64,000 nt of DNA from an uncultured delta proteobacterium (GTDB lineage: Bacteria; Desulfobacterota; Binatia; UBA9968), in the NCBI GenBank assembly GCA_963760795.1, contig CAVXEP010000013.1, forward strand, positions 1 to 64,000, in the 5' to 3' direction. The translations under genes and the position numbers were made by a program. The notes under the pieces are model-generated. The model was given only the letters and a program-made list of their open reading frames with translations. It was not told where the DNA came from and ran no database searches. Positions 63,091-64,000 of the stretch are shown in pieces. Each line of letters opens with the position of its first letter. Positions within the stretch are counted from its first letter, which is position 1.

Positions 63091-63669
63091 ATGGCACAAT
63101 CAATTTCCATACATCCAGCGGTGGATCAGGGCGTGAAACCCGCGGCGGCGAACTTCGCCGGCGGCACTTTACTCTGTCGCTGCGCCGACAAGAAAGTGGC
63201 GGTCTCGATCAAAGGCCAATGCGCCCACAACCACGTCTGCGGCTGCACCAAATGTTGGAAGCCGGCCGGCGCGCTGTTCTCCCAGGTCGCCGTCGTCAGC
63301 CGCGATAATCTCACCGTGACGGCCAATGGCGACAAGCTAAAAGTCGTCGACGCCAACGCCGCGATCAAACGCCACGCATGCAGCGGCTGCGGCGTGCACA
63401 TGTACGGCCGCATCGATAACACGAAGCATCCGTTCTACGGCTTCGACTTCTTCCACACGGAATTGTCGTCAGAGTCCGGTTGGGCGCCGCCGGAATTCGC
63501 CGCTTTTGTCTCATCGATCATCGAGTCCGGCGCCGATCCCGCCAACATGGGCGCCGTGAGAGCAAGACTGAAAGAATTGAAGCTGGAACCGTACGATTGC
63601 TTGTCACCGGCACTGATGGACGCCATCGCTACCCATGCGGCAAAAGCATCGGGGGTGCTCAGTCGTTAA
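63091..63669 (+). CDS. gfa: S-(hydroxymethyl)glutathione synthase (glutathione-dependent formaldehyde-activating enzyme)
   Basis: [59 protein letters not shown]. Confidence 0.95.
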   Translation: MAQSISIHPAVDQGVKPAAANFAGGTLLCRCADKKVAVSIKGQCAHNHVCGCTKCWKPAGALFSQVAVVSRDNLTVTANGDKLKVVDANAAIKRHACSGCGVHMYGRIDNTKHPFYGFDFFHTELSSESGWAPPEFAAFVSSIIESGADPANMGAVRARLKELKLEPYDCLSPALMDAIATHAAKASGVLSR

Positions 63670-63732
63670 CGCTAGCAACAACGGTTCTTCAGGTTTTGGC
63701 TGGATGATGTATTACGTTCAGCTTGTTTTGTG

Positions 63733-63796
63733 CACCACGAAGGGTTCGGATGACCAAAACTCCGAACTTCGTGCACTTCGTGTTCTTCGTGGTGAA
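63733..63796. repeat. 9-bp-period palindromic repeat (CACGAAG family, left arm shortened)
   Basis: caccacgaagggttcgga...tccgaacttcgtgcacttcgtgttcttcgtggtgaa. Confidence 0.8.
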
Positions 63797-63858
63797 AAGT
63801 CTTCACTATGGACCCGGACGAGCATTCTTCAGAGTTCGACGAATGTGAGGATGCCGCC

Positions 63859-64000
63859 ATGGAAAAGCAATCTTATTGCCTCGCCATCGCACTCTGGGTC
63901 GCGACGCTCCTGCTTACAGCGGTTCTAAAAGCCGAAGCGCAAACGAAACCAGACACGAGCATCAAAACGCTCACGCTAGGGGCGGTTTTCCAAGACCCGC
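63859..64000 (+). CDS. Exported protein, probably another substrate-binding protein (truncated by window end)
   Basis: MEKQSYCLAIALWVATLLLTAVLKAEAQ signal peptide, then KTLTLGAV. Confidence 0.5.
   Translation, partial: MEKQSYCLAIALWVATLLLTAVLKAEAQTKPDTSIKTLTLGAVFQDP

Noticed and set aside
16871-63796. CRISPR array interpretation of the CACGAAG repeats
   Set aside because: They are dispersed palindromes with no repeat-spacer periodicity and no cas genes.

Overview
GC-rich bacterial chromosomal window. The gene content (10 NitT/TauT-type orphan substrate-binding proteins, 5 amidohydrolase_2 paralogs, LLM monooxygenase, gfa) resembles Candidatus Binatia/related deltaproteobacterial soil lineages; this is inference only. 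No rRNA, tRNA or CRISPR was seen. The main result is two selenoproteins that the ORF track splits at UGA. One is a GrdB-like reductase subunit (STU347GTSTRS, lacking both Cys of the usual UxxCxxC motif) in an SBP-grdE-grdB operon whose GrdE lacks the usual pyruvoyl-precursor Cys motif. The other is a UGSC-motif selenoprotein apparently fused to a second domain, between nadA and an SBP gene. Both UGAs have a perfect hairpin starting exactly 11 nt downstream (SECIS-like). Also present: an rmlACBD operon, a ~6.9 kb lower-GC island of micro-ORFs plus a DNA ligase bounded by a 29-bp direct repeat at the 3' ends of two ABC_sub_bind genes, several families of short-period palindromic repeats (half-copies encode parts of SBP signal peptides), a stand-alone 20-aa CxxC basic micropeptide, two sigma54 promoters and a possible decayed integron cassette. 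About 20 single-base frameshifts suggest long-read assembly errors, so pseudogene calls are provisional.
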